From the NCBI RefSeq assembly GCF_000757865.1, contig NZ_CP007754.1, forward strand, positions 1,440,001-1,472,000: a stretch of DNA of 32,000 nt, written 5' to 3'. The stretch's first letter is position 1. Each line of letters opens with the position of its first letter. The stretch comes from Prochlorococcus sp. MIT 0801. GTDB lineage: Bacteria; Cyanobacteriota; Cyanobacteriia; PCC-6307; Cyanobiaceae. The position numbers were made by a program, and so were the translations under genes. Shown here in pieces: positions 18,390 through 28,558 of this stretch. Below the pieces are notes generated by a model. It saw nothing but the letters and a program-made list of their open reading frames with translations. It was not told the DNA's origin and did not search any database.

Positions 18390-19208
18390 ATGCAAACCAC
18401 AGAATTGGTTCGTTTTAAAAAGTTGGGCAAACAGATAACTGTATTAACTGCTTGGGATGCTATCTCATCCTCAATTGTCGAGGCCGCAGGAGCTGATGTT
18501 GTGCTAGTAGGAGATTCACTTGGAATGGTTGTTTTGGGACATTCAACGACACTTCCTGTAACACTTGATCAAATGCTTCACCACACAAAGGCTGTTTGTA
18601 GAGGTTTTTGTAAACCTCTTTCAAAACAACCCTTAGTAGTTTGTGATCTCCCTTTTTTAAGTTATCAATGCGGAGAAGACAAGGCTGTTGAAGCTGCTGG
18701 TACTCTCCTGAAAAACTCCTCTGCTTCAGCCGTGAAACTTGAAGGAGCAGAACCTGAGACTTTGTTAGTAATTAAAAGACTTATTAGAATGGGCATCCCA
18801 GTGATGGGTCATCTTGGCCTAACTCCGCAGTCAGTTCATCAACTTGGATATAAATCACAAGCCAGGGATAAAGATAGTCAAGAAAAAATTTTTAAAGATT
18901 CAAAAATGCTTCAAGAATCAGGATGTTTTGCAATAGTCATAGAACATATCCCCGGAGAAATTGCTAGTCGATTAAAAAAACATATAGATATTCCTGTAAT
19001 TGGCATTGGAGCTGGCAGTGATTGTGATGGGCAAGTAAGAGTTACAGCTGATATTCTTGGTCTTTCAATTGCGCAGCCTCCTTTTGCAAAACCTTTACTT
19101 GCAGGACGAGAACTTTTTATCGATGCCCTAAAAGAATGGATTAATTCTACTGATCCCTATAAAGTGAATCCCACCACAAAAACATCTGAATCAAAATCTG
19201 ATTGCTAA
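18390..19208 (+). CDS. panB: 3-methyl-2-oxobutanoate hydroxymethyltransferase
   Basis: PanB motifs are present (..LTAWD.., ..[14 protein letters not shown].., ..AVKLEG.., ..GHLGLTPQS..). A non-conserved-looking C-terminal tail overlaps the convergent gene. Confidence 0.9.
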   Translation: MQTTELVRFKKLGKQITVLTAWDAISSSIVEAAGADVVLVGDSLGMVVLGHSTTLPVTLDQMLHHTKAVCRGFCKPLSKQPLVVCDLPFLSYQCGEDKAVEAAGTLLKNSSASAVKLEGAEPETLLVIKRLIRMGIPVMGHLGLTPQSVHQLGYKSQARDKDSQEKIFKDSKMLQESGCFAIVIEHIPGEIASRLKKHIDIPVIGIGAGSDCDGQVRVTADILGLSIAQPPFAKPLLAGRELFIDALKEWINSTDPYKVNPTTKTSESKSDC

Positions 19209-20379
19209 GTTGCATCCCCTTAGGATCACTTAAAAAATACCTACCATTGTTTCTTAATAGAGATCCTTCATTTATAGAATTTAGCCAAAACTTCTCCAAT
19301 GATTTTAAATTCTTATCGCATTCTTTTTGTGTCCATCCGGCATTTTTAGCAAGTTCCTCCAGATGAACACCCTCACGTCTTCTGAGACCAATCATCAGAA
19401 GTTCATCCAATGGAATTGGGTTTGACTTTTCATTAGACAATGTTTTTTCTAAAAACTGACTCTCTTGCTTTTTAAGCCATTTTTTATAACCAACGATTGT
19501 TCTTGGTCTAGAGAATCTTTCCCCCCAAGGAGCACTTGTTGCCCCCATTCCAAAACCCCACCAACCAGAACCACTCCAATACATACGATTATGTCTTGAT
19601 GCATGACCAGGCAATGAATAACTTGAAATCTCGTATCTAGCGAAACCTCTACTTTTGAGTAATCTATTGGTTTCAAGATCTATTTTTTGAGCTTCAGAAT
19701 CAATTGGGATATTCAACTTCCCTTTTTTATGTAGTCTTCCAAAAACAGTATCTGGTTCGATAGTTAAATCATAAATTGACAAATGAGGGGCCTCCGTAAG
19801 AACCGCTTGTTCCAACTCTTTAATCCACTTGGACAAATTTAATCCTGGAAGATTTTGAATCAAATCAAGACTCCAGCTTCTTAGCATTCCTTTTTTAAAT
19901 AAGTTATTTATCCAATTACAAGCCTCAATTAATTGTGATCGATTATGTTTTCTGCCAATTGAAGCCAAAGTAATGTCATCAAATGCCTGAGCTCCCAAGC
20001 TAAATCTATTAATTCCAATTCCTATGTATCCATTCAGGTCGTTTTCAGAAAATGTTGCTGGATCAACCTCCATAGTTATCTCGGCACCATCTTGAAATCC
20101 AAATTTTCTTTGAAGGTTCTTCAATAAATCACCCACCTCATTTATTTTTAATAAAGAAGGGGTGCCACCACCAAAATAGATTGTTGATAAGGCAGGACCT
20201 TTGGGTGCAATTGAAATCTCTCTATGAAGTAAATCCAAATATGCGTTAATAGAATTTATCCCTGGACTATCCGGAGCTTGAGCGCTATCACCTAAAGGGA
20301 TAATGGAAAAATCACAGTAAAAACATCTTTTATGGCAAAAAGGTATATGCAAATATGCACTTCTTGGTGGGGCTACCAT
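19147..20379 (-). CDS. hemW: Radical-SAM HemN-like protein (HemW-type heme chaperone / oxygen-independent coproporphyrinogen oxidase family)
   Basis: It opens with the [15 protein letters not shown] radical-SAM motif. GGGTPS, and a HemN_C-like C-terminal domain (..GLRRREG..) follow. HemW versus true HemN cannot be decided from sequence alone. Confidence 0.8.
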   Translation of the reverse strand: MVAPPRSAYLHIPFCHKRCFYCDFSIIPLGDSAQAPDSPGINSINAYLDLLHREISIAPKGPALSTIYFGGGTPSLLKINEVGDLLKNLQRKFGFQDGAEITMEVDPATFSENDLNGYIGIGINRFSLGAQAFDDITLASIGRKHNRSQLIEACNWINNLFKKGMLRSWSLDLIQNLPGLNLSKWIKELEQAVLTEAPHLSIYDLTIEPDTVFGRLHKKGKLNIPIDSEAQKIDLETNRLLKSRGFARYEISSYSLPGHASRHNRMYWSGSGWWGFGMGATSAPWGERFSRPRTIVGYKKWLKKQESQFLEKTLSNEKSNPIPLDELLMIGLRRREGVHLEELAKNAGWTQKECDKNLKSLEKFWLNSINEGSLLRNNGRYFLSDPKGMQLSNQILIQMFLWWDSLYRDQ

Positions 20380-20487
20380 TTGAGCTCTAGATATACAAAC
20401 CCAAATAAATGGTCACTTTCACAATCCAAATCTTTGAAAATAAATAAGGCTTTAGTAAAAAGCAAAAAGCAAGCATAACCTAAATAT

Positions 20488-21591
20488 ATGGCAGACTTAG
20501 TTATTCTGGTTTTATTTCTTATATCAGGTGCAATCACCGGATGGATCGGAGTGAATTGGTTACCTGAAGAGACTTTAGCTCATATAACTAATCTAAGAAA
20601 TTTAGAAATTGCTTTATCAGGATTAACCGCTCTTCTAGGCCTTTTAATAGCATTCCTTTTTCAACAATTTAGAAATAAATTAACTAAGACAATAAGAACT
20701 ATGCCAACGGATCTACTATTTAGTAGATCTGTTGGCATAGTTCTTGGACTTGTCATAGCAAGCCTTTTATTAGTACCTGTACTTCTTTTACCGTTACCCG
20801 CTGAATTATTTTTTGTAAAGCCTATTTTTGCTGTACTTAGCAACATTTTTTTTGGAGTACTTGGATATAACCTTGCTGATGTTCACGGTCGAACGGTATT
20901 ACGTCTTTTCAATCCCAATAGCACTGAATCTTTATTAATGGCTGATGGGATTCTAACTCCAGCCAGTGCAAAAGTTTTAGATACCAGTGTAATCATTGAT
21001 GGTCGTATTCAGTCCCTCCTCAGATTTGGACTTATTGAAGGGCAAATAATAGTAGCCCAATCAGTTATTGATGAGCTACAAAAACTATCTGACTCAAGTA
21101 ACAACGAAAAACGAGGTAAAGGAAGAAGAGGTCTAAAATTGCTTAACCAATTAAGAGAAAGTTATGGAAGAAGATTAGTTATAAACAGTACAAGATATGA
21201 AGGGGAAGGAACTGATGAAATTCTTTTAAAATTAACCTCAGACATTTCAGGAATATTAATCACTGTCGATTACAACTTATCTCAAGTAGCTCTAGTCCAA
21301 GAAATAAAAGTTCTTAACTTAAGTGATTTAGTACTTGCAGTTAGGCCTGAAGTTCAACCTGGTGAGAAGTTAAGTTTAAAAGTAGTTAGAGAAGGGAAGG
21401 AAAACTCACAAGGTATTGCATATCTTGAAGATGGAACAATGGTAGTTATCGAGCAGGGTCTCCAATGGATCGGTAAAAGAATAGAAGTAGTTGTGACTGG
21501 AGCATTACAAACACCGACGGGCCGAATGGTTTTTAGTAAAGCTTCAAATGATCAGCCCCCGAACAAATATGAAAAAACAAAAGCATCTTAA
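20488..21591 (+). CDS. Integral membrane PIN + TRAM domain protein (YacL-like)
   Basis: There are four predicted N-terminal TM helices. A PIN-like segment follows (..VLDTSVIIDGRI.. and ..TDEILLKL..ILITVDYNL..). The C-terminal domain is TRAM-like (..GEKLSLKVVREGKENSQGIAYLEDGTMVVIE..). Confidence 0.75.
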   Translation: MADLVILVLFLISGAITGWIGVNWLPEETLAHITNLRNLEIALSGLTALLGLLIAFLFQQFRNKLTKTIRTMPTDLLFSRSVGIVLGLVIASLLLVPVLLLPLPAELFFVKPIFAVLSNIFFGVLGYNLADVHGRTVLRLFNPNSTESLLMADGILTPASAKVLDTSVIIDGRIQSLLRFGLIEGQIIVAQSVIDELQKLSDSSNNEKRGKGRRGLKLLNQLRESYGRRLVINSTRYEGEGTDEILLKLTSDISGILITVDYNLSQVALVQEIKVLNLSDLVLAVRPEVQPGEKLSLKVVREGKENSQGIAYLEDGTMVVIEQGLQWIGKRIEVVVTGALQTPTGRMVFSKASNDQPPNKYEKTKAS

Positions 21592-21635
21592 AGCCAGATC
21601 TAGCTAGGCTCGAAACCAAGAAGACTTAACTCCAT

Positions 21636-22310
21636 ATGACAGCATCTTCCCCATATTATGGCGACTCTGCCGTAATGAGAACTCCGCCTCCTGATTTACC
21701 CTCACTGCTTCTAAAAGAAAGGATAGTTTATTTAGGCTTGCCTTTATTTTCCGATGATGATGCCAAAAGGCAACTCGGAATGGATGTAACTGAATTAATT
21801 ATTGCCCAACTTCTTTTTCTGGAATTTGATAATTCTGAAAAACCTATTTATTTTTATATAAACTCAACTGGAACGAGCTGGTATACAGGAGATGCCATCG
21901 GATTTGAAACTGAAGCCTTTGCAATCTGCGATACGCTCAGATACGTCAAGCCTCCCGTGCATACTATTTGCATAGGCCAAGCAATGGGAACAGCAGCAGT
22001 AATACTCTCAGCAGGAACGAAAGGGCAACGCGCGGCATTACCTCATGCATCTATTGTCCTTCATCAGCCTAGAAGTGGGGCGCAAGGCCAAGCAACTGAT
22101 ATTCAAATCAGAGCGAATGAGGTTATTCACAATAAAAAAGCAATGCTAGAAATCCTTAGTCATAACACTGGCAGATCAGTAGATCAATTATCCAAAGACT
22201 CAGATCGAATGAGTTATTTGAACCCTCATGAAGCAGTTGATTATGGAATCATAGATCGCGTTCTTACTAGTAGAAAAGACTTGCCAGGTGAAAAAGTATT
22301 GCCTGCATAA
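21636..22310 (+). CDS. clpR: ClpR, non-catalytic ClpP paralogue
   Basis: The sequence has a ClpP fold throughout, but the catalytic-Ser position reads GQAMGTAA (Gly) where the neighbouring ClpP has GLAASMGA. It also carries a ClpR-type insertion (..STGTSWYTGDAIGFETEA..). Confidence 0.85.
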   Translation: MTASSPYYGDSAVMRTPPPDLPSLLLKERIVYLGLPLFSDDDAKRQLGMDVTELIIAQLLFLEFDNSEKPIYFYINSTGTSWYTGDAIGFETEAFAICDTLRYVKPPVHTICIGQAMGTAAVILSAGTKGQRAALPHASIVLHQPRSGAQGQATDIQIRANEVIHNKKAMLEILSHNTGRSVDQLSKDSDRMSYLNPHEAVDYGIIDRVLTSRKDLPGEKVLPA

Positions 22311-22369
22311 ACAAATTATTTTTACAAATTTTTAAAATCATTACCCTCAACTACTAACACAAATTAACC

Positions 22370-22978
22370 ATGCCAATAGGTACTCCAAGCGTTCCATACC
22401 GTCTTCCAGGAAGTCAATTCGAAAGATGGGTTGATATTTACACAAGACTTGGTGCGGAAAGAATTCTATTTCTTGGTCAAGAAGTAAACGATGGAATTGC
22501 AAATAGCCTAGTAGCACAAATGCTTTATCTTGATTCTGAAGATAGTAGCAAGCCGATCTATTTGTATATCAATAGTCCTGGAGGATCCGTAACCGCAGGC
22601 TTAGCAATCTATGACACAATGAAATATGTAAAAAGCGATCTAGTAACTATTTGTGTTGGGTTAGCGGCCTCGATGGGTGCTTTTTTACTTTCTGCAGGAA
22701 CAAAAGGGAAAAGGCTTGCACTACCCCACAGCAGAATTATGATTCACCAGCCACTTGGCGGTACTGCGCAAAGACAAGCGAGTGACATAGAGATTGAAGC
22801 ACGTGAAATTCTTAGAATTAAAGAAATGCTCAATAAATCGATGGCAGAAATGACGGGACAAACATTTGAAAAGATAGAGAAAGACACTGATCGTGATTAC
22901 TTTTTGAGCGCGGAAGAGGCAAAAAATTACGGTCTAATTGATCGAGTAATTACACATCCAAGTGAAAGTGCAAATTAA
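22370..22978 (+). CDS. clpP: ATP-dependent Clp protease proteolytic subunit
   Basis: Canonical ClpP with Ser (GLAASMGAF), His (IMIHQP) and Asp (DTDRDYF) motifs. It is directly downstream of clpR, as in the cyanobacterial clpR-clpP3 operon. Confidence 0.9.
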   Translation: MPIGTPSVPYRLPGSQFERWVDIYTRLGAERILFLGQEVNDGIANSLVAQMLYLDSEDSSKPIYLYINSPGGSVTAGLAIYDTMKYVKSDLVTICVGLAASMGAFLLSAGTKGKRLALPHSRIMIHQPLGGTAQRQASDIEIEAREILRIKEMLNKSMAEMTGQTFEKIEKDTDRDYFLSAEEAKNYGLIDRVITHPSESAN

Positions 22979-23078
22979 AAAGTTCGACGTTCTTATCAAT
23001 TAAATTGTCTTGATAGTCAAAAAAATATATCAATGAAAATGGTTTCAGTAGCACTCTATTTCGTAAGCTCAGCCTTAA

Positions 23079-24098
<1,020 letters not shown>

Positions 24099-24160
24099 AT
24101 ATCATTCACTTAATCTTAGTTGCTGTTATTCTTGACCTCTTAATAGGTGATCCAAGAAGC

Positions 24161-25108
24161 TTGCCACACCCTGTCCAGTTCATGGGTGTGGTTATTAGTT
24201 TTTCAAAAGTATTAACAGAGAAGATTGCGAAAGAAAATAAATCAAAGTTATATATAGGAGGCTTAATAATTACATTTACAGTTGTATCATTAAGTGGAAT
24301 ATCTGGATGGATTATAGAAAGATTATTTTTATTTTATGAAATAAAAAATCCTATTTTATGTACATTAATTTTTGGTCTGATTATAAGTAGTTCTCTTGCT
24401 TCAAGGAGTCTAAATAAAAGTATTGTTGAAATTTTAGATATAATAAGCAAAGAAAATACTATAAACAATTTAAGTAATTCAAGACAAAAATTAAGCCTTA
24501 TAGTTGGTAGAGATGTTGAGAATCTAGATAGCAATGAAATTCTTAGAGCTTTAGCTGAAACAGCAAGTGAAAATTCTGTGGATGGAATATTTGCTCCATT
24601 GTTTTGGATGTTTTTAGGAACTATTTTCTGGGAATTCAATAAATCCATGCCAGGCCCATTGGCGATGGCATGGATCTTTAAAGCATCTAGCACCATTGAT
24701 TCAATGCTTGGCTACAAAGAGGGTAAATTAAAGTGGCTTGGCTTTACTGGTGCGAAGCTTGATGATCTAATGGTATGGATACCTTCAAGAATTGTATTAA
24801 TTACGCTTCCTTTTTGCTGCAAACCAAAGCAGTCAATTTTTAAAACAATAAAAGATTCCTGGAAAGATGGAATTGTTGATACTTCTCCAAACTCAGGAAT
24901 TTCTGAAGCAATTTTTGCTTATTGTGCCGAAGTAAAAATGGGGGGGGTAAACTATTACAAAGGAAAAAAAAGAATAAAGCCAATAATTGCAGAAACATAT
25001 CCTATGGCAAGTATTAATTCAGTCAGAAAAATACTTGGACTGAGTCTTAGACTTGAGCTGTTTTGGCTTCTAGCTTTTTACTTGATAATAAAACTTATAA
25101 ATTTATAA
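24161..25108 (+). CDS. cbiB: Adenosylcobinamide-phosphate synthase (CobD/CbiB family)
   Basis: The CobD/CbiB core is present (..VGRDVENLDSNEILRALAETASENSVDGIFAPLFWMFLG..). Family-like N-terminal sequence (..VAVILDLLIGDPRSLPHPV..) continues in frame upstream of the TTG at 24161, so the true start is probably between 24089 and 24161 (see findings). Confidence 0.8.
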   Translation: MPHPVQFMGVVISFSKVLTEKIAKENKSKLYIGGLIITFTVVSLSGISGWIIERLFLFYEIKNPILCTLIFGLIISSSLASRSLNKSIVEILDIISKENTINNLSNSRQKLSLIVGRDVENLDSNEILRALAETASENSVDGIFAPLFWMFLGTIFWEFNKSMPGPLAMAWIFKASSTIDSMLGYKEGKLKWLGFTGAKLDDLMVWIPSRIVLITLPFCCKPKQSIFKTIKDSWKDGIVDTSPNSGISEAIFAYCAEVKMGGVNYYKGKKRIKPIIAETYPMASINSVRKILGLSLRLELFWLLAFYLIIKLINL

Positions 25109-25110
25109 AT

Positions 25111-25863
25111 TCAAAAAGCACCTCTATCCATCGGAAAGAGTAAAACGCCTAACGTAAGAATAATGATTTCTAAATCAAGTATAAAATTTCTATTTCTTGC
25201 ATAAAACAAGTCTAATTCAACCCTTTTTTTGTAACTAAGATTATTTCTACCACTAACCTGCCATAGTCCAGTAAGTCCTGGTCTAACTGATATAACCTCT
25301 TCCATAAAAAGACTGTATTTAATAATCTCATTACTTACTATTGGTCTTGGCCCAACAACACTCATTTCCCCTTTTAAAACGTTAAAGAATTGGGGTAATT
25401 CATCTAAACTAGATCGTCGAAGAAATCTTCCTAATTTTGTTATTCTTGGATCTTGACGTAATTTAAAATCTTTTTCAAATTCCTTTCTCATAAGCGGATA
25501 TTTTTCTAATAAGTTTGGTAGTAAATCATCAGCATCTTTATACATAGTACGAAACTTTATACATCCAAATTCTCTATAGTTTCTACCTACTCTTTTTTGT
25601 ATATAAAAAACTGATCCGGGAGAACTAAACTTTACTAATATTCCAATCAAGATAAATATTGGTGAGCCTAAGGTTAAAACAATCAAAGAAAAAACAATAT
25701 CTCCTATCCTTTTCAATGTGCGCCCAGATCGACTTTGATTTCTTATTATTTCTACAGCAGGCAAAGAAGAAGGTTCTTTTGAGATGACTTCATACGGAAT
25801 GGTTGGAGAACCTTTACGGAACTCAGACCATCGTAATAAAGATTTTCTAGGATTAGTTTGCAC
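25111..25863 (-). CDS. Polyprenyl-phosphate sugar phosphotransferase (bacterial sugar transferase family, WbaP/EpsL-like C-terminal domain type)
   Basis: One TM helix is followed by the conserved domain (..KRVGRNYREFGCIKFRTM.., ..DELPQFFNVLKGEMSVVGPRP.., ..RPGLTGLWQVSGRN..). Confidence 0.85.
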   Translation of the reverse strand: MQTNPRKSLLRWSEFRKGSPTIPYEVISKEPSSLPAVEIIRNQSRSGRTLKRIGDIVFSLIVLTLGSPIFILIGILVKFSSPGSVFYIQKRVGRNYREFGCIKFRTMYKDADDLLPNLLEKYPLMRKEFEKDFKLRQDPRITKLGRFLRRSSLDELPQFFNVLKGEMSVVGPRPIVSNEIIKYSLFMEEVISVRPGLTGLWQVSGRNNLSYKKRVELDLFYARNRNFILDLEIIILTLGVLLFPMDRGAF

Positions 25864-25923
25864 AAATTATTGAGGTAGTAAGCTCAAGACTCGAATAAAT
25901 TCACACCATACTTAATTAGATTT

Positions 25924-27147
25924 TCATAATGAAGAACTAAGGTCACTAGTAGCAATGTCACAAGAATTGACATGCTCCCTCCAAGCTCTATTTATGGTTT
26001 TGGTAAATTTATCTTTAAAAGAATCTTGAGAAAAAGAATTACTCCAATCTCTAATTAACTCAGGATTTAAATCTCTCCAAAGTTGCTTTTCCTTGAAAAA
26101 TTCGATTGCTTCAACCAAGGACTTTACTGTCTGAGAAGGGAACAAAAGGCCAGTTGCTCCTTTATCAGAATCAGAATGAAAACATTTCACCGTATCTAAA
26201 ACCCCTCCCTTACCAAAAGCAATCACAGGAGCGCCTGAGGCCATCGCCTCCACAGGAGCTATTCCAAAATCCTCAATACCACCATAAACAAAGGCTCTAC
26301 AACTGCTCATTAGACTTTCAATCTTCTCTTTACTTTGAAAACCAATAATTTGAACTGTTGGACCTGCAAGCTCTTTTAAATATTCCTTTTCCACTCCGTC
26401 GCCAACAACTATTAAAGGTAGTTTGAGCCTATTAAAAGCCCTAACAAGTAAATCAACCCTTTTATTAGGAACCAATCTACACACACTTAAATAGAAGTCT
26501 TCCCTAGGCCTATTCCATTCAAAACGATTTATATCTACAGGTGGATGAAGAACCTCTGAACGCCTTCTCCAATACTTCCAAATCCTTTTTGCAGTAAAAT
26601 TAGAATTGGCCAGCAAGTAATCTACTCTTGAGCTACTTAATTGATCCCATTGCCTCAGAGTATGCAATTGCCATCTAATTAGCGGCCCTAAACCAATTCT
26701 TCTTAAAAAAGATCTTTTCAAATATATATTCATTTGATCCCAAGCGTATCTAACAGGTGTATGGACATAACTAATATGAAGTTGATCAGGCGATGTCAAA
26801 ATACCCTTAGCGACAAGATGATTACTGCTTAAAACCAATGGATATCCCTCTAAATCGAGTTGTTCAATTGCAAAAGGCAAAAGGGGTAAATATTGCTGAA
26901 CATGTGAGATCCCGAATGGTAATTTTTGGATAAAACTAGTTTTTACTTTTCGATTAAATAACCAGCTATTTTTTTCTAACCTCTCTTCATTAACCAAAGA
27001 AAACAATTCTGGCTGTGATGCAATTTCAGTTAACAAATCATCAATTATCTGAACAACATTCTCAGCACCTCCTGTCGATCTTGGAGTAAACCACTCATGA
27101 ACTAATGCAATATTTCTTGGAAGATCTAAAGATAAATTTACGCTCAA
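25924..27147 (-). CDS. Glycosyltransferase, GT-B fold (GT4-like)
   Basis: The C-terminal GT1/GT4 signature is present (..EDFGIAPVEAMASGAPVIA..), preceded by ..LPLIVVGDG... It is adjacent to the priming sugar transferase. Confidence 0.8.
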   Translation of the reverse strand: MSVNLSLDLPRNIALVHEWFTPRSTGGAENVVQIIDDLLTEIASQPELFSLVNEERLEKNSWLFNRKVKTSFIQKLPFGISHVQQYLPLLPFAIEQLDLEGYPLVLSSNHLVAKGILTSPDQLHISYVHTPVRYAWDQMNIYLKRSFLRRIGLGPLIRWQLHTLRQWDQLSSSRVDYLLANSNFTAKRIWKYWRRRSEVLHPPVDINRFEWNRPREDFYLSVCRLVPNKRVDLLVRAFNRLKLPLIVVGDGVEKEYLKELAGPTVQIIGFQSKEKIESLMSSCRAFVYGGIEDFGIAPVEAMASGAPVIAFGKGGVLDTVKCFHSDSDKGATGLLFPSQTVKSLVEAIEFFKEKQLWRDLNPELIRDWSNSFSQDSFKDKFTKTINRAWREHVNSCDIATSDLSSSL

Positions 27148-27282
27148 AGTAAAATCCTTAAATCCAAGAATTATTTTTATTTTATTACAACTTAGAAATT
27201 ATGACAAGATAGAAAAAAATCTTGAGTTGTTCATACTTAAATTATTTTTTCCCTAAGCTCAATAGCTTATCAAATAAGTTCC

Positions 27283-27744
27283 CTAAAAAGGAATATCTAT
27301 CTTATCTATAGATGATATTAACGGATCATAAAGGTTGTGAAATAAACTGCCACTAAAAGAGAATAAATAAGCTAATCCACTTAAAAGGCCTAGAGAAACA
27401 AAGTACCTAACATAGCCACTTCTTCTTTCTAATCTAGTAACTGAAAAAAGCATTATCAATAAGAAGATTAAACCTATTAATAAGGAAAAAAGTAAAGCTG
27501 AGCTATCAACAACTAATTGAAAATCACTTCTAAAAATAAGATCGTTTCCTACTATATTTTTTTTGAATAAAATAAAATTAAATATCTCAGAAAAGGCTAA
27601 ACTGATAATAATAAAATACGAAACTGGCTTCGTAAGCCTATTCATTGTTTTGCTAAAACTTAATAAGAGCAGAGCTATAAAAAAAGATGCAATTAATGGT
27701 ATCCCAGGAATGAGCCAAGTGAGATTTAACAACATAGTTATCAA
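27283..27744 (-). CDS. Stand-alone NdhF/NuoL N-terminal-like membrane protein (about 150 aa fragment-sized)
   Basis: MLLNLTWLIPGIPLIASFFIALLLL.. and ..FQLVVDSSALLFSLLIGLIFLLIMLFSVTRLERRSGYVRYFVSLGLLSGLAYLF.. align by eye to the first four or so TM helices of complex-I chain 5 (E. coli NuoL ..[47 protein letters not shown]..). The start is either TTG at 27744 or ATG at 27735. Confidence 0.6.
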   Translation of the reverse strand: MITMLLNLTWLIPGIPLIASFFIALLLLSFSKTMNRLTKPVSYFIIISLAFSEIFNFILFKKNIVGNDLIFRSDFQLVVDSSALLFSLLIGLIFLLIMLFSVTRLERRSGYVRYFVSLGLLSGLAYLFSFSGSLFHNLYDPLISSIDKIDIPF

Positions 27745-28016
27745 ACAAGCCTGGTTCTATATACAAACATAAGGTCTTTTATTAGTTCTTGAGAATAAAG
27801 AAGAAAAAAGCAAGCTGAATCTAAAATAATACTAATCGGAGTGGTGCTTTTCATTTTGGAAAACCATATAATATTTTTCTAGCAAAAAAATGAATCAAAA
27901 ACAAGCTATCTATTAATAGTCAAACAAAACTTAATAAGGAATAAAATAAGATCTTTTTCACATTTAAATAACTCTTTTCTTTTTTTAAGGAATATAAACT
28001 ACTAATACTTATAACT

Positions 28017-28059
28017 TAGAAATAATAATATTCTAATAATTAGAATATTATTATTTCTA
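28017..28059. repeat. Perfect 43-bp palindrome (21-bp arms, 1-nt centre): TAGAAATAATAATATTCTAAT-A-ATTAGAATATTATTATTTCTA
   Basis: All 21 arm positions were verified base by base. The palindrome lies in the 465-bp divergent spacer between the NdhF-fragment gene and hli, about 150 nt upstream of the hli ATG. Confidence 0.95.
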
Positions 28060-28209
28060 CTGATTCTCATTAAAAATTTAGATTATTTCATAAATGATGC
28101 TTAAAGTTAATGATTTCAAAAAATCTAAAAGATATGGCCACATATCGAAAAGACAAAACTCAAATAAAAATAGATTATAATTAAATAATAGAACAAGCCT
28201 TAAACTAAA

Positions 28210-28503
28210 ATGTCCGAGAATGATTCAGAAACCAATAATCAAAGTATCAATTCAGATCTAGATGATACAGAAACAATCCAAACCAAGAATGATCCAAAAC
28301 GGATTGATCCTACTCAAAACCTCAATTTATACCCTAAATGGATAAACAATAAAGGTGAAGAGGTAAAACAAGTTTTTGGGTTTAATGAGAATGCGGAACT
28401 CGTTAATGCCAGAGTCGCTATGATCGGTTTTTTAATGCTCATACTCACTGAATTAGCTTTTGGTGGCGAACCAGCAACGCTAAAAATTTTTGGAATCAGC
28501 TAG
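28210..28503 (+). CDS. hli: High-light-inducible protein (CAB/ELIP/HLIP family), long form
   Basis: A C-terminal single helix carries the Chl-binding motif context ..FGFNENAELVNARVAMIGFLMLILTELAFG... The acidic/polar N-terminal extension of about 55 aa has no alternative canonical in-frame start. A TATAAT hexamer lies at 28176-28181. Confidence 0.8.
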   Translation: MSENDSETNNQSINSDLDDTETIQTKNDPKRIDPTQNLNLYPKWINNKGEEVKQVFGFNENAELVNARVAMIGFLMLILTELAFGGEPATLKIFGIS

Positions 28504-28558
28504 AAACCAAATCTATATATTATATTTATTCCATTAATTTACTTTCTTTTTAAAAGCT

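Noticed and set aside
28094-28180. A 28-codon basic ORF (MMLKVNDFKKSKRYGHISKRQNSNKNRL) in the hli upstream spacer.
   Set aside because: This is AT-rich DNA translated as Lys/Asn-rich peptide. It has no RBS and ends in the putative hli -10 box, so I treat it as noise.
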